Source: an uncultured Giesbergeria sp. (GTDB lineage: Bacteria > Pseudomonadota > Gammaproteobacteria > Burkholderiales > Burkholderiaceae_C). Taken from it: a stretch of 64,000 bases of DNA. Shown here in pieces: positions 19,073 to 32,140 of this stretch. A model generated the notes under the pieces. The model searched no databases. It was not told where the DNA came from and saw nothing but the letters and a program-made list of their open reading frames with translations. Within the stretch, counting starts at the first letter, position 1. Each line of letters starts with the position of its first letter. The DNA lies in NCBI GenBank assembly GCA_947624595.1, contig CANQLC010000015.1:4005-68004 (forward strand). Direction: 5' to 3'. The position numbers were made by a program, and so were the translations under genes.

Positions 19073-20362
19073 TCAGGCTTGATCGAGGTGATCCGCCCAC
19101 GCCAACGCTTCCATGTGCGCCATGTTGACTTGGCGGCTGCTCAGGTTCAGGGCATCGACGTGGTGGGCAAACAGCGTGTCGTCGCCGCTCTCGCAGGCCT
19201 TGGTCAGCGCCAAGAAGGGGGCAAATACGCCTCGGTTGTGTAAGAGCGCGTCCAGCACCGGCTCGGGCAGGGCGAGCGAGTCCAGCGCCTCTTCCATCGG
19301 AATGCCCAGCATGGTGTCGAGCATGGAGAACACGCCGACGACAAAGGCGTTATCGCATTCCTCGGGCCGCAGCAGCTCGGCGGCCAGCAGCTCCATCAAG
19401 CGCCCGCGCACCACGGCCATGGTGCCAATGGCCGGCGCAGCGTTGTCCGCGCGTGAGGTGGTCAGCAGCAAAGCGGCCCAGCGAAACAGCTTTTTGAAAC
19501 CCAAAATCATCACCGCGTGGCGAAACGAGGTAATCTCGCACGACAGGCCAAAGCCCGAGGAGTTGATAAAGCGCAGCAGGTTGAACGACAGCGTTGGGTC
19601 TTTTTTCAGCAGCGCTTCGATTTCTGTGGTCTCGGCTTGGTTGCGCACCAAGTTGATGAGCTGAATGATGGTGGCGTGCGAGGGGCGCAGCGTTTGTGTC
19701 TTGACCAGCGCTGGCTGGGAGAACCAGTAGCCCTGAAACAGCTTGACCTCTAACTGAGCCATCAGCGCGTGTTGCTCGGGGGTTTCGACTTTTTCGGCAA
19801 CGATTTGGGCGCGGGTGTAAGTGCGGGCAAATTTGACCAAGTCTTTGGCCTGTTCGGGCGCAAAGGCCGTCATGTCCAGCTTGATAAACGCCGTCAGTGC
19901 TAGCCAAGGGGCATAAATGGGGCGCAGTGCCTCTTGGTTCAGTGCAATGCGAAAGCCGCGCTTGTTCAGTGCCAACAGCGGTTGTAAGTGGTATTCGATG
20001 TCGTCGGCGCTGGGATCGGGGTCGTCCAATGCGGGTACTTCCAGCACCACTTTGTCGGGGTGTACCAGCTCTAGGTGGCCGCCGCGCAAGCTGTCGCGGG
20101 TGCAGTTGATGAACACCAGCTTTTTGCTGCCTACTGCCTTAACGCCCGCCGATGACAGCGCATTGAACAGCAGCGCTGCATCGGTGGTGGCCGTGTGCTC
20201 TTTGGCGGTGGTGGAGCGGTCAAACAGCTCGTAACCAAATACCGCCCGGTTAGCATCGACGATGGCTTGGCGGGCAATCACGGCCACGTTGCTGGCTTTG
20301 AAGGCTTCGGCAGAAGCGGTGGTGGGGGCGTTGGGGGCGGGATGGGCAGTGGTGTGGGGCAT
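19073..20362 (-). CDS. EAL + HDOD domain protein (degenerate EAL)
   Basis: ARQAIV..GYELFDRS, FINC, AEKVET, FQGYWF; HDOD FNLLRFINS. Confidence 0.85.
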   Translation of the reverse strand: MPHTTAHPAPNAPTTASAEAFKASNVAVIARQAIVDANRAVFGYELFDRSTTAKEHTATTDAALLFNALSSAGVKAVGSKKLVFINCTRDSLRGGHLELVHPDKVVLEVPALDDPDPSADDIEYHLQPLLALNKRGFRIALNQEALRPIYAPWLALTAFIKLDMTAFAPEQAKDLVKFARTYTRAQIVAEKVETPEQHALMAQLEVKLFQGYWFSQPALVKTQTLRPSHATIIQLINLVRNQAETTEIEALLKKDPTLSFNLLRFINSSGFGLSCEITSFRHAVMILGFKKLFRWAALLLTTSRADNAAPAIGTMAVVRGRLMELLAAELLRPEECDNAFVVGVFSMLDTMLGIPMEEALDSLALPEPVLDALLHNRGVFAPFLALTKACESGDDTLFAHHVDALNLSSRQVNMAHMEALAWADHLDQA

Positions 20363-20409
20363 GAGAGGAAAATAAGGTGGATTTTAAATTTTAGAAGGTG
20401 TAGAGCAGT

Positions 20410-21678
20410 TCAATCTGCGATGTGATCGGCCCAGACCAGTGCCTGTAAATGGGCACCGTTGATTTGCGCGCTGCTCAGCTGCAAGACGTTGGCGGCGCGG
20501 TCAAAGGCGGCGTCGTCGCTGGATTCGCAGGCCTGCGCTAAGTTCAGTAAATTGCCCAGCTTGCCAGTGCCGTGCAGCAGCGCCTCTTCTACTTCTGCTG
20601 GGACGCGCAGCAAGTTCAGCGCCTCCTCCATTGGCATGCCCAGCATCACGTCGAGCAGCGAAAAAATGCCGGCGACAAACGCTTGGTCGGCCTCGTCTTG
20701 CGCCATGCCGCTCTCGGCGGCTAACAGCTCCATCAGTCGACCGCGCACCACGGCGGTTTGGCCGACCGATGAGGGCATGCCGCTGTGGCGTGAGGTAGTC
20801 AGCAGCAGGGCGGCCCAGCGGAACAGCTTTTTCAGTCCTAGCAGCATCACGGCTTGGCGAAACGAGGTGATCTCGCGCGCCATGCCAAAGCCCGACGAGT
20901 TGATCAACCTCATCAGGTTAAAGGCCAAGCCGGCGTCCTTTTTTAGCAGCGCTTCGATTTCGTCGGTGCTGGCCTGTGCGCGCACCAAGCTGATCAGACC
21001 CAAGATACTGGTTTGGGCTGGCGTGACCAGCTTGGTATGTACCAAGGCGGGTCGGGCAAACCAGTAGCCTTGAAACAGCTGCACGCCTTGGCTGGAGACC
21101 ATGTCGTATTGCTGCGCGGTTTCGACTTTCTCGGCAATCAAGTCGGCCTTGGAGTAGCGGTTGGCGTATTTGATTAATACCGCCAACTGGTCCGGTGCCA
21201 GCACCGACAAGTCCAGCTTGATGTAGTCGGCCAGCGCCAGCCACGGCGCGTAGGCTGACTGCAGCACCGTGTGGTTAAACGCCAAGTGAAAGCCGCGCTG
21301 GCGCAGGCTGGCCAAAATCGGCAGGCGGGTGGTGACTTCCTCGGTCGCGTTGTGCCCTAGTGGGGGAATCTCCAGCACCACTTTGTCTGGCTCGACCAAT
21401 TCAAGGTGGCCGCCGGCCAAGCTTTCATGCGTGCAGTTGACGAAGATGAGTTTTTTGCCGACTAGCTCGTCGCTGCCAGCGTGTGATAGGGCGGTGAACA
21501 CCAGCGCCACATCGGTTGCCGCCGTATGCGCGGGACCCGAGCGCGAGCGGTTAAATAGCTCGTAGCCAATCACCATGTGCTGGGCGTTGACGATGGCTTG
21601 GCGGGCAATCAAGGTGGCCGAAGAGGGCTGCGCCTGAGGTGGGACAGGAACTTGGGTGGGGGTGCTGGACATGTTCAA
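20410..21678 (-). CDS. EAL + HDOD domain protein, tandem paralog
   Basis: ARQAIV..GYELFNRS, AEKVET, FQGYWF, FNLMRLINS; colinear with 19073-20362. Confidence 0.85.
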   Translation of the reverse strand: MNMSSTPTQVPVPPQAQPSSATLIARQAIVNAQHMVIGYELFNRSRSGPAHTAATDVALVFTALSHAGSDELVGKKLIFVNCTHESLAGGHLELVEPDKVVLEIPPLGHNATEEVTTRLPILASLRQRGFHLAFNHTVLQSAYAPWLALADYIKLDLSVLAPDQLAVLIKYANRYSKADLIAEKVETAQQYDMVSSQGVQLFQGYWFARPALVHTKLVTPAQTSILGLISLVRAQASTDEIEALLKKDAGLAFNLMRLINSSGFGMAREITSFRQAVMLLGLKKLFRWAALLLTTSRHSGMPSSVGQTAVVRGRLMELLAAESGMAQDEADQAFVAGIFSLLDVMLGMPMEEALNLLRVPAEVEEALLHGTGKLGNLLNLAQACESSDDAAFDRAANVLQLSSAQINGAHLQALVWADHIAD

Positions 21679-21745
21679 GAGTGCAATCAGAAGACCCCTT
21701 TAACGGGTCATAAGTAGTTGTGTGGTGGGGTTGCGGTGTCGGGTC

Positions 21746-22549
21746 TCAGTGTTGTCGTAACCATTGCAACTCTGCCTCACTGAAGCCGGCTTGGCGCCTA
21801 GCGGCTTCGTTAAACGGCGGCCTCAGGCGCGGCGCTTGGTACTGTTGTACCAGACTTGGATAGTGCGCTTGGGGGTCGAGCTGGCTTTGGGCGCATAACC
21901 AGTAGTACCAATGGTTACCAATAGCAACATGGCCGATTTCGTCGCGCAGTATCACGTCCAAGATGTCGGCGCCGGCCAGCGCATCGGGCGCGCCCACTTG
22001 GCGCAGTTTGCGTTGAATCAGCGGTGTAGCGTCCAAGCCGCGCGCTTCCATAGTGCGCGGCACCAGCGCCATGCGTGCCAGCACATCGTGCTCGGTTTTT
22101 TCGCACATCGTCCACAGGCCTTGGTGGGCCGGGTAGTCGCCGTAGTCGTGGCCTATGGTGCGCAGGTGCGCGCGCAGCAGGTTGAAGTGCAGTGCTTCTT
22201 CCGCCGCAATGCGCAGCCAGTCCAAGTAGTACTGGCGCGGCATACCGTCAAAACGCCATATCGCGTCCAGCGCTAAGTTGATGGCGTTGAATTCAATATG
22301 CGCAATGGCGTGGATCAGCACGGCGCGCCCCTCCAGCGTGGCCGGCGAGCGCTGCGCCACCTCGCTGTGGCGCACCAGCAGCGGGCGCTCGGGGTGGCCG
22401 GGCAGGGGCGGTGCATCGGCGGCGCGCACGGGGGCTTTTTCTGCTATTGAATAAGTAGCTGCAACCGCTTGCATATAAAGGGTTTGAGCCGCTTTTTGCT
22501 CAAAATCAGTGAGGCTTAAGACCTGTAAGGCGTGGTGACGAAGTTCCAT
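21746..22549 (-). CDS. Ferritin-like DUF455 protein
   Basis: HAIAHIEFNAINLA, EEALHF, EARGLD, DEIGHV di-iron-type motifs. Confidence 0.85.
   Translation of the reverse strand: MELRHHALQVLSLTDFEQKAAQTLYMQAVAATYSIAEKAPVRAADAPPLPGHPERPLLVRHSEVAQRSPATLEGRAVLIHAIAHIEFNAINLALDAIWRFDGMPRQYYLDWLRIAAEEALHFNLLRAHLRTIGHDYGDYPAHQGLWTMCEKTEHDVLARMALVPRTMEARGLDATPLIQRKLRQVGAPDALAGADILDVILRDEIGHVAIGNHWYYWLCAQSQLDPQAHYPSLVQQYQAPRLRPPFNEAARRQAGFSEAELQWLRQH
22443..22500 (-). repeat. Degenerate REP-like copy inside DUF455 gene
   Basis: gctat-tgaataa-gtagctgcaaccgcttgcatataaagggtttgagcc; encodes AAQTLYMQAVAATYSIA. Confidence 0.7.
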
Positions 22550-22551
22550 CC

Positions 22552-22563
22552 CTACAATTGTAG
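22552..22563. promoter_or_regulatory. Palindromic back-to-back -10 elements
   Basis: CTACAATTGTAG gives TACAAT on both strands between divergent genes. Confidence 0.5.
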
Positions 22564-22609
22564 AAAGCCCAGCGCTAGGTGGCGTTGTGTATCAACAGGG
22601 AATAAAACG

Positions 22610-23137
22610 ATGGCAATTTATGAACTCGATGGCAGCGCGCCCAGCGTGGCCGATACGGCGTGGGTGGCTGACAGCGCGCAGGTGATTGGCGAGGTGGTAT
22701 TGGGCGCGCAGGCCAGCATCTGGTTTGGTAGCGTGCTGCGCGGCGACATGGCCTGCATCCAAATTGGCGCGGGCACCAATATCCAAGACAACAGCGTCTT
22801 GCACGCCGATACCGGCCAGCCGCTCACGATTGGCGAGCGTGTCACCGTCGGCCACCAAGCGGTGCTGCACGGCTGCACGGTGGGCGAGGAGTCGCTGATT
22901 GGCATTGGCGCCATCGTGCTCAACGGTGCCAAAATTGGCAAAAACTGTTTGGTGGGTGCGGGCTCTTTGGTCACCGAGGGCAAAGAGTTTCCCGATGGCT
23001 CGATGATCATGGGCGCGCCGGCCAAGCTGGTGCGCCAGCTCTCGCCCGAGCAAATCGAAGGCATACGCCAAAGCGCGCAGCATTACATCAATAATGCACA
23101 GCGTTTTCAGCGCGGTTTAAAGCCCATCGAGGACTGA
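22610..23137 (+). CDS. Gamma carbonic anhydrase family (hexapeptide repeat) protein
   Basis: GTNIQDNSVLH, VTVGHQAVLHGC, left-handed beta-helix repeats. Confidence 0.9.
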   Translation: MAIYELDGSAPSVADTAWVADSAQVIGEVVLGAQASIWFGSVLRGDMACIQIGAGTNIQDNSVLHADTGQPLTIGERVTVGHQAVLHGCTVGEESLIGIGAIVLNGAKIGKNCLVGAGSLVTEGKEFPDGSMIMGAPAKLVRQLSPEQIEGIRQSAQHYINNAQRFQRGLKPIED

Positions 23138-23148
23138 TATTTTTTTCC

Positions 23149-23181
23149 ATGCCCACCCGTAAAACCCAGTGGGCATTTTTT
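23149..23181 (+). terminator. Possible intrinsic terminator
   Basis: ATGCCCAC-N12-GTGGGCAT followed by T-run. Confidence 0.55.
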
Positions 23182-23200
23182 ATTTGCAGGAATTTCCGGC

Positions 23201-24202
23201 GTGTCTGAACTTCACCGATTTTTATTTGAGGGCCAACCGGTGCGCGGTGCCATCGTGCGCTTGACCGATGCTTGGACCGAAATGCTGCGCCGGCGCAGCG
23301 ACAACACCGCTTCGGGCGCGTACCCGCAGCCAGTCAGCGAGCTGCTGGGCGAAATGGCGGCGGCCGGCGTGCTGATGCAGTCGGGCATTAAATTTAATGG
23401 CGCCTTGGTGCTGCAAATTTTTGGCGACGGCCCGGTCAAGCTGGCGGTGGCGGAGGTGCAGTCTGACTTGGGTCTGCGCGCCACCGCCAGTTTGCAGGGC
23501 GACATGACCGAGATGGTGGAGGGCGCCGGCTTAGATGTACTGGTCAACCTGCACGGCGGCGGGCGCTGCGCTATCACGCTCGACCCCAAAGACAAATTTC
23601 CGGGCCAGCAGCCTTACCAAGGCGTGGTGCCGCTGGTGAATGCACAGGGCAAAAAGCTCGATCGCCTGAGCGATGTGCTGTCGCACTACATGCTGCAGTC
23701 CGAGCAGCTCGACGCCGTGCTGGTGCTGGCAGCGAACGACCAAGTCGCCGCTGGCCTACTGGTGCAGCGCATGCCGGTCAAGGGCGAGGGCAATATTGCC
23801 GCTGGTGCTGTGCAGCGCGACGAGGAAGACCAAATAGGCCGCAATGAAGACTACAACCGCATCGCCACCTTGGCCGCCAGCCTGACGCGCGACGAGCTGC
23901 TGACGCTGGATGTCGAAACCATTTTGCGCCGCCTGTTTTGGGAAGAGCCGCTGCTGCGCTTTGGGCCGCAGCAGGGCGACGGCGGCCCGCGTTTTCACTG
24001 CAGTTGCAGCCGCGAGCGCGTCGGTCGCATGTTGAACAGCTTGGGCGTAGCAGAGGTGGATAGCATCTTGGCCGAGCAGGGGCAGATCGAGGTTGGCTGC
24101 GAATTTTGCGGCCAGCAATACCGCTTTGACCCGGTGGATGCGGCGCAGATTTTTGCTTCTCCCGCCACTGGCGCGACACCGGCGCCGCCGGCTATCCACT
24201 AA
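23201..24202 (+). CDS. hslO: Hsp33 redox-regulated chaperone
   Basis: CSCS...CEFC zinc motif, YMLQSEQL, FLFEGQPVRGAIVRL. Confidence 0.93.
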   Translation: MSELHRFLFEGQPVRGAIVRLTDAWTEMLRRRSDNTASGAYPQPVSELLGEMAAAGVLMQSGIKFNGALVLQIFGDGPVKLAVAEVQSDLGLRATASLQGDMTEMVEGAGLDVLVNLHGGGRCAITLDPKDKFPGQQPYQGVVPLVNAQGKKLDRLSDVLSHYMLQSEQLDAVLVLAANDQVAAGLLVQRMPVKGEGNIAAGAVQRDEEDQIGRNEDYNRIATLAASLTRDELLTLDVETILRRLFWEEPLLRFGPQQGDGGPRFHCSCSRERVGRMLNSLGVAEVDSILAEQGQIEVGCEFCGQQYRFDPVDAAQIFASPATGATPAPPAIH

Positions 24203-24310
24203 CAGCCAATAGCGGGAAACTACCTATAGTAAAAAGCTATTTAACGATAGTTAACTGTTTAGTTGAAGATAAATATATAAGATTAGCTCCATAAAAATGA
24301 GAGGGGTTTT

Positions 24311-24793
24311 ATGGACTTTATTCGTCGTGTTTTAGGCTTAGGCGGCGAAAAGCCCAAGGCAACAGCGCCAGTTCTTTTTGATAACTCCATTCGTCAAGAC
24401 TCGCGGGCACCGCAAACGGTACTTGCCTCATTGGATATTGATGCGGCCATTAATGCCCATGAGCGCTGGAAAGCGCGCCTGATGGATTATTTGGAAGGCC
24501 GCTCCACCGAAAAAATGGATCCCGACGTCATCCGCCAAGACCACCGCAGTGCGCTGGGCAGTTGGTTGCACGGTGTTGGCGTTGCCACCTTGGGCCACCA
24601 ACCGGCGTTTCCGTTGTTGATGGCGCGCCATCAATACTTTCACGAGCAGGCCGCCAACATGATTGAACTGGCCCAGCAAGGCGAGTGGGATAAGGCGGTG
24701 CAGGTGCTCAATGGTGGCTACCGCTACCGCTACGGCTCCAGCCAGATTGTGTTGTTGCTCAAAGAACTCAAGCGTAGTCTGCCGCAAGATTAA
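24311..24793 (+). CDS. Stand-alone CZB (chemoreceptor zinc-binding) domain protein, Cys replaced by Ser
   Basis: AHERWK, xALGSW, HQYFH pattern; RBS GAGGGG. Confidence 0.75.
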   Translation: MDFIRRVLGLGGEKPKATAPVLFDNSIRQDSRAPQTVLASLDIDAAINAHERWKARLMDYLEGRSTEKMDPDVIRQDHRSALGSWLHGVGVATLGHQPAFPLLMARHQYFHEQAANMIELAQQGEWDKAVQVLNGGYRYRYGSSQIVLLLKELKRSLPQD

Positions 24794-24838
24794 GCGGCGG
24801 ACTAATTTATCAAGCGATCACTGCCATCACGCCCTGCG

Positions 24839-25114
24839 CTAAGGCGTGTATTGCACGTAAATTTCGTTGGGTTTGACCATGCCCAACTCACTGCGCGCTT
24901 TTTCTTCGACCATATCCAAACCAGCTTTGAGATCGCTGACCTCGGACGCTAGCCGGGCGATAGCTTGGCTGGCAACGGCGTTGGCGGCTTTTTGCGCCGC
25001 CAGCTGGCGCTGCATTTCTTGCACGCTGGGGATACTGCCCCGGCCAAACCACAGCTGAGCGTGTACCGCCGCCAGCAAAGCCAGCAGCACGATGGGAACA
25101 ATGCGAGAGCCCAT
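24839..25114 (-). CDS. ftsB: Cell division protein FtsB
   Basis: N-terminal TM, coiled coil, EEKARSELGMVKPNE; follows eno. Confidence 0.92.
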   Translation of the reverse strand: MGSRIVPIVLLALLAAVHAQLWFGRGSIPSVQEMQRQLAAQKAANAVASQAIARLASEVSDLKAGLDMVEEKARSELGMVKPNEIYVQYTP

Positions 25115-25169
25115 AAGTAATCAGCGTGTGGTTTTAGAAGGTCTAGTGGCCGGGGAGAAGCTGGGTGGC

Positions 25170-26590
<1,421 letters not shown>

Positions 26591-26629
26591 AATAACTACG
26601 TATTCAAGGCACGAGGCGTATCAACCGTC

Positions 26630-29229
<2,600 letters not shown>

Positions 29230-29243
29230 CTAAATTGCACGCC

Positions 29244-30473
29244 ATGAATGAACTTGCTGGTAAACACATTGTTTTGGGGCTCAGCGGCGGCGTGGCTTGC
29301 TACAAGTCGGCCGAGCTGTGCCGTCTGCTGACCAAAGAGGGCGCCACCGTGCAGGTGGTGATGACCGAAGCCGCCGAGCACTTTATGACGCCGGTCACCA
29401 TGCAGGCCCTCTCAGGGCGCGCGGTGTATGGCTCGCAGTGGGACGCGCGCGAGCCCAACAACATGCCGCACATCAACCTGAGCCGCGAAGCCGATGCCAT
29501 CGTGATTGCGCCGTGCAGTGCGGACTTTGTGGCGCGGCTGGCGCAGGGGCGAGCGGACGAATTGCTCAGCCTGCTGTGCCTTGCGCGCCCGCAAGACAGC
29601 GTGCCGCTGCTGCTAGCACCGGCCATGAACCGCGAGATGTGGGCGCACCCCGCCACCCAGCGCAATTTGGCGCAGGTGGCGCAAGACGGCGCGGTGGTGC
29701 TGGGCGTGGGCCACGGCGACCAAGCCTGCGGCGAAACCGGCGACGGGCGCATGTTGGAGGCGACGGAGCTGTTAGAAGAAATCGTCGCCTTTTTCACGCC
29801 CAAACGCTTGGCCGGCCAGCGCGTGCTGATTACCGCTGGCCCGACGTTTGAGTCGATTGACCCAGTGCGCGGCATCACCAACCACTCCAGCGGCAAGATG
29901 GGTTTTGCCATCGCCCGCGCCGCCCGCGAAGCCGGCGCTGAGGTCACGCTGATTGCCGGCTCCGTCCACCTGCCGACGCCGCGCGGCGTGCAGCGGATTA
30001 ACGTGCAATCTGCATCAAATATGCTTGAAAGCGTTGTGCAGCATGCGCAAGCAGCTACTATTTTTATAGCGACGGCGGCGGTGGCCGATTGGCGTCCCGC
30101 CGCGCAGTCCGAGCAAAAAATCAAAAAAGACGGCTCCGGCCAAATGCCGGTGCTGGAGTTTGTCGAAAACCCCGACATTTTGGCGACGGTGGCGCAGTCG
30201 CCGCACGCGCTGGTGGGCGATTTGTTTTGCGTCGGCTTTGCGGCCGAAAGCCACGATTTGCTGGCCCACGCCACGGCCAAACGGGCGCGCAAAGGCGTGC
30301 CGCTGCTGGTGGGCAACATCGGTCCTGCGACGTTTGGGCGTGACGACAACGCGCTGCTGCTGGTCGATGCCCACGGCCACCGCGAACTGCCGCCGGCCTC
30401 CAAACGGGTGCTGGGGCAGCAACTGGTGGCAGAAATTGCCAGCCGATTGCCCCCTTCTTTGAACTCTATTTGA
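29244..30473 (+). CDS. coaBC: Bifunctional PPC decarboxylase/PPC synthetase
   Basis: [46 protein letters not shown]. Confidence 0.96.
   Translation: MNELAGKHIVLGLSGGVACYKSAELCRLLTKEGATVQVVMTEAAEHFMTPVTMQALSGRAVYGSQWDAREPNNMPHINLSREADAIVIAPCSADFVARLAQGRADELLSLLCLARPQDSVPLLLAPAMNREMWAHPATQRNLAQVAQDGAVVLGVGHGDQACGETGDGRMLEATELLEEIVAFFTPKRLAGQRVLITAGPTFESIDPVRGITNHSSGKMGFAIARAAREAGAEVTLIAGSVHLPTPRGVQRINVQSASNMLESVVQHAQAATIFIATAAVADWRPAAQSEQKIKKDGSGQMPVLEFVENPDILATVAQSPHALVGDLFCVGFAAESHDLLAHATAKRARKGVPLLVGNIGPATFGRDDNALLLVDAHGHRELPPASKRVLGQQLVAEIASRLPPSLNSI
30013..30070 (+). repeat. Degenerate REP-like copy inside coaBC
   Basis: ...gcatgcgcaagcagctac-tattttt-atagc; encodes [19 protein letters not shown]. 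Confidence 0.6.
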
Positions 30474-30481
30474 AAAGCCTA

Positions 30482-30928
30482 ATGAAAATCGACGTCAAAA
30501 TTCTCGATCCCCGCATGGCAGAGCAACTGCCGGCCTATGCCACCCCGGGCAGCGCCGGCCTTGATTTGCGCGCTTGCTTGGATGCGCCGCTGGTGCTAGA
30601 GCCCAATGCGTGGCAATTGGTGCCGACTGGCATCGCCATTTATTTGCAAGACCCTGGCTACGCCGCGCTGATCTTGCCGCGCTCGGGGCTGGGGCATAAG
30701 CACGGCATTGTGCTGGGCAACTTGGTCGGCCTGATTGACAGCGACTACCAAGGCCAGTTGATGGTCAGCGCGTGGAACCGCAGCAGCACGGCGTTTACCT
30801 TGGAGCCGATGGAGCGGCTGGCGCAGTTGGTGATCGTGCCGGTGGTGCAAGCGCAGTTCAATGTGGTGAGCGAGTTTGCCGCCACCGAGCGCGGTGAACA
30901 AGGCTACGGCTCCACCGGCACGCGCTGA
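30482..30928 (+). CDS. dut: dUTPase
   Basis: [32 protein letters not shown]. Confidence 0.97.
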   Translation: MKIDVKILDPRMAEQLPAYATPGSAGLDLRACLDAPLVLEPNAWQLVPTGIAIYLQDPGYAALILPRSGLGHKHGIVLGNLVGLIDSDYQGQLMVSAWNRSSTAFTLEPMERLAQLVIVPVVQAQFNVVSEFAATERGEQGYGSTGTR

Positions 30929-30970
30929 GGTTCACAATCAAGCACATCGCTTTTTAAAGGAGAAAGATTT

Positions 30971-31486
30971 ATGCAAACCCCATTTTTTCGCCGCGCAACC
31001 GGCGCTATCGCCCTTGTTGCCGTCTGCGGCTTGACCGCTTGCGTCACCCAGCCGCAGCAGCCATACCAGCAGCCGTACCCTGCACCCGGTTATCAAAATC
31101 AGGGTTACAACAACCAAGGCTACAACAACCAAAACAATGCGCCGTATGGCACGGAATATGGCCGCGTGGTCAACATTCAGGCGCTACAGGGTCAGAACAA
31201 CACCTCGGGCGCTGGTGCGGTGCTGGGTGCGGTGGTCGGCGGCGTGCTGGGCAACCAAGTCGGCAAAGGCAGTGGCCGCGTGGCAGCCACCGCTTTGGGT
31301 GCGGTCGGTGGTGCGGTGGTCGGCAATATGGTCGAGGGCAGCAACAGCTCGAGCCAAGCGCAGGGCTATCGCATTTCGATTCAGCTAGACCAAGGCGGCA
31401 GCCGCGCTTATGACGTGAGCACGCCTGGCGATATCCGCGTCGGCGACCGCGTGCGTTTGAATAACGGCCAGATTTCGCGCCAGTAA
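30971..31486 (+). CDS. Glycine-zipper 2TM outer-membrane lipoprotein (SlyB-like)
   Basis: Lipobox LTAC; GAVLGAVVGGVLGNQVGKGSG; IRVGDRV C-terminus. Confidence 0.85.
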   Translation: MQTPFFRRATGAIALVAVCGLTACVTQPQQPYQQPYPAPGYQNQGYNNQGYNNQNNAPYGTEYGRVVNIQALQGQNNTSGAGAVLGAVVGGVLGNQVGKGSGRVAATALGAVGGAVVGNMVEGSNSSSQAQGYRISIQLDQGGSRAYDVSTPGDIRVGDRVRLNNGQISRQ

Positions 31487-31508
31487 GCTTTGGCGCAGCG
31501 CAAATGAC

Positions 31509-31539
31509 AAAGAGGGCGGTTGATACCGCCCTCTTTTTA
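31509..31539. terminator. Bidirectional intrinsic terminator
   Basis: AAAGAGGGCGGT-TGAT-ACCGCCCTCTTT between convergent genes. Confidence 0.85.
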
Positions 31540-31550
31540 TTTCAGCGCTT

Positions 31551-32075
31551 TTAGTGCAACAAGTCGTTGCCGGGGGCGTTGGGCTGGATGCGAAAAAAGC
31601 CGGTACCCGCCGTGCCGCTGCCAATTTCTTCTTCTGTCGCTTCGCGCACGCCGCACACCTTCAGGTGCAGGCGAATGGCAATGCCGGCCAGCGGGTGGTT
31701 GCCGTCCAGCACCACGTGTTCGGGGTAAATTTCTGTGATGGTGTACAGCGCGTCAAGCGGCGCATCGGGGTTGCAGCCGGCTGGCAGCGCGCTGCCCTCT
31801 AGCACCATGCCTTCTTCGATATCCGCCGGGAACAGCGACAGCGGCTCTAAAAACAGCAGCTGATCGTTGTAGTCGCCAAAGGCTTCTTCTGGCTCGATGT
31901 GCAACGAGATCGACTCGCCGGCGCTGTGGCCTTGCAAGGCGCGCTCGATGCAGACGAATAAATCGCCGCCGCCGATGACGAATTCCACCGGCTCGTCTAG
32001 CACGTCCAGTTCTTCACCCAAGGTGTCTTTGAGGGTCCACGTAAGTGCGACCACGCATTGTTCTGTGATTTCCAT
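31551..32075 (-). CDS. SlyD-like FKBP peptidyl-prolyl isomerase (no His-rich tail)
   Basis: EPEEAFG, LDGNHPLAG motifs. Confidence 0.85.
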   Translation of the reverse strand: MEITEQCVVALTWTLKDTLGEELDVLDEPVEFVIGGGDLFVCIERALQGHSAGESISLHIEPEEAFGDYNDQLLFLEPLSLFPADIEEGMVLEGSALPAGCNPDAPLDALYTITEIYPEHVVLDGNHPLAGIAIRLHLKVCGVREATEEEIGSGTAGTGFFRIQPNAPGNDLLH

Positions 32076-32140
32076 AGGAGAATTGTCGCAGTTTGACGCG
32101 GTTTGATTAAAGCCCTTGGTTGGGCAGATGGGTTTTTCTG

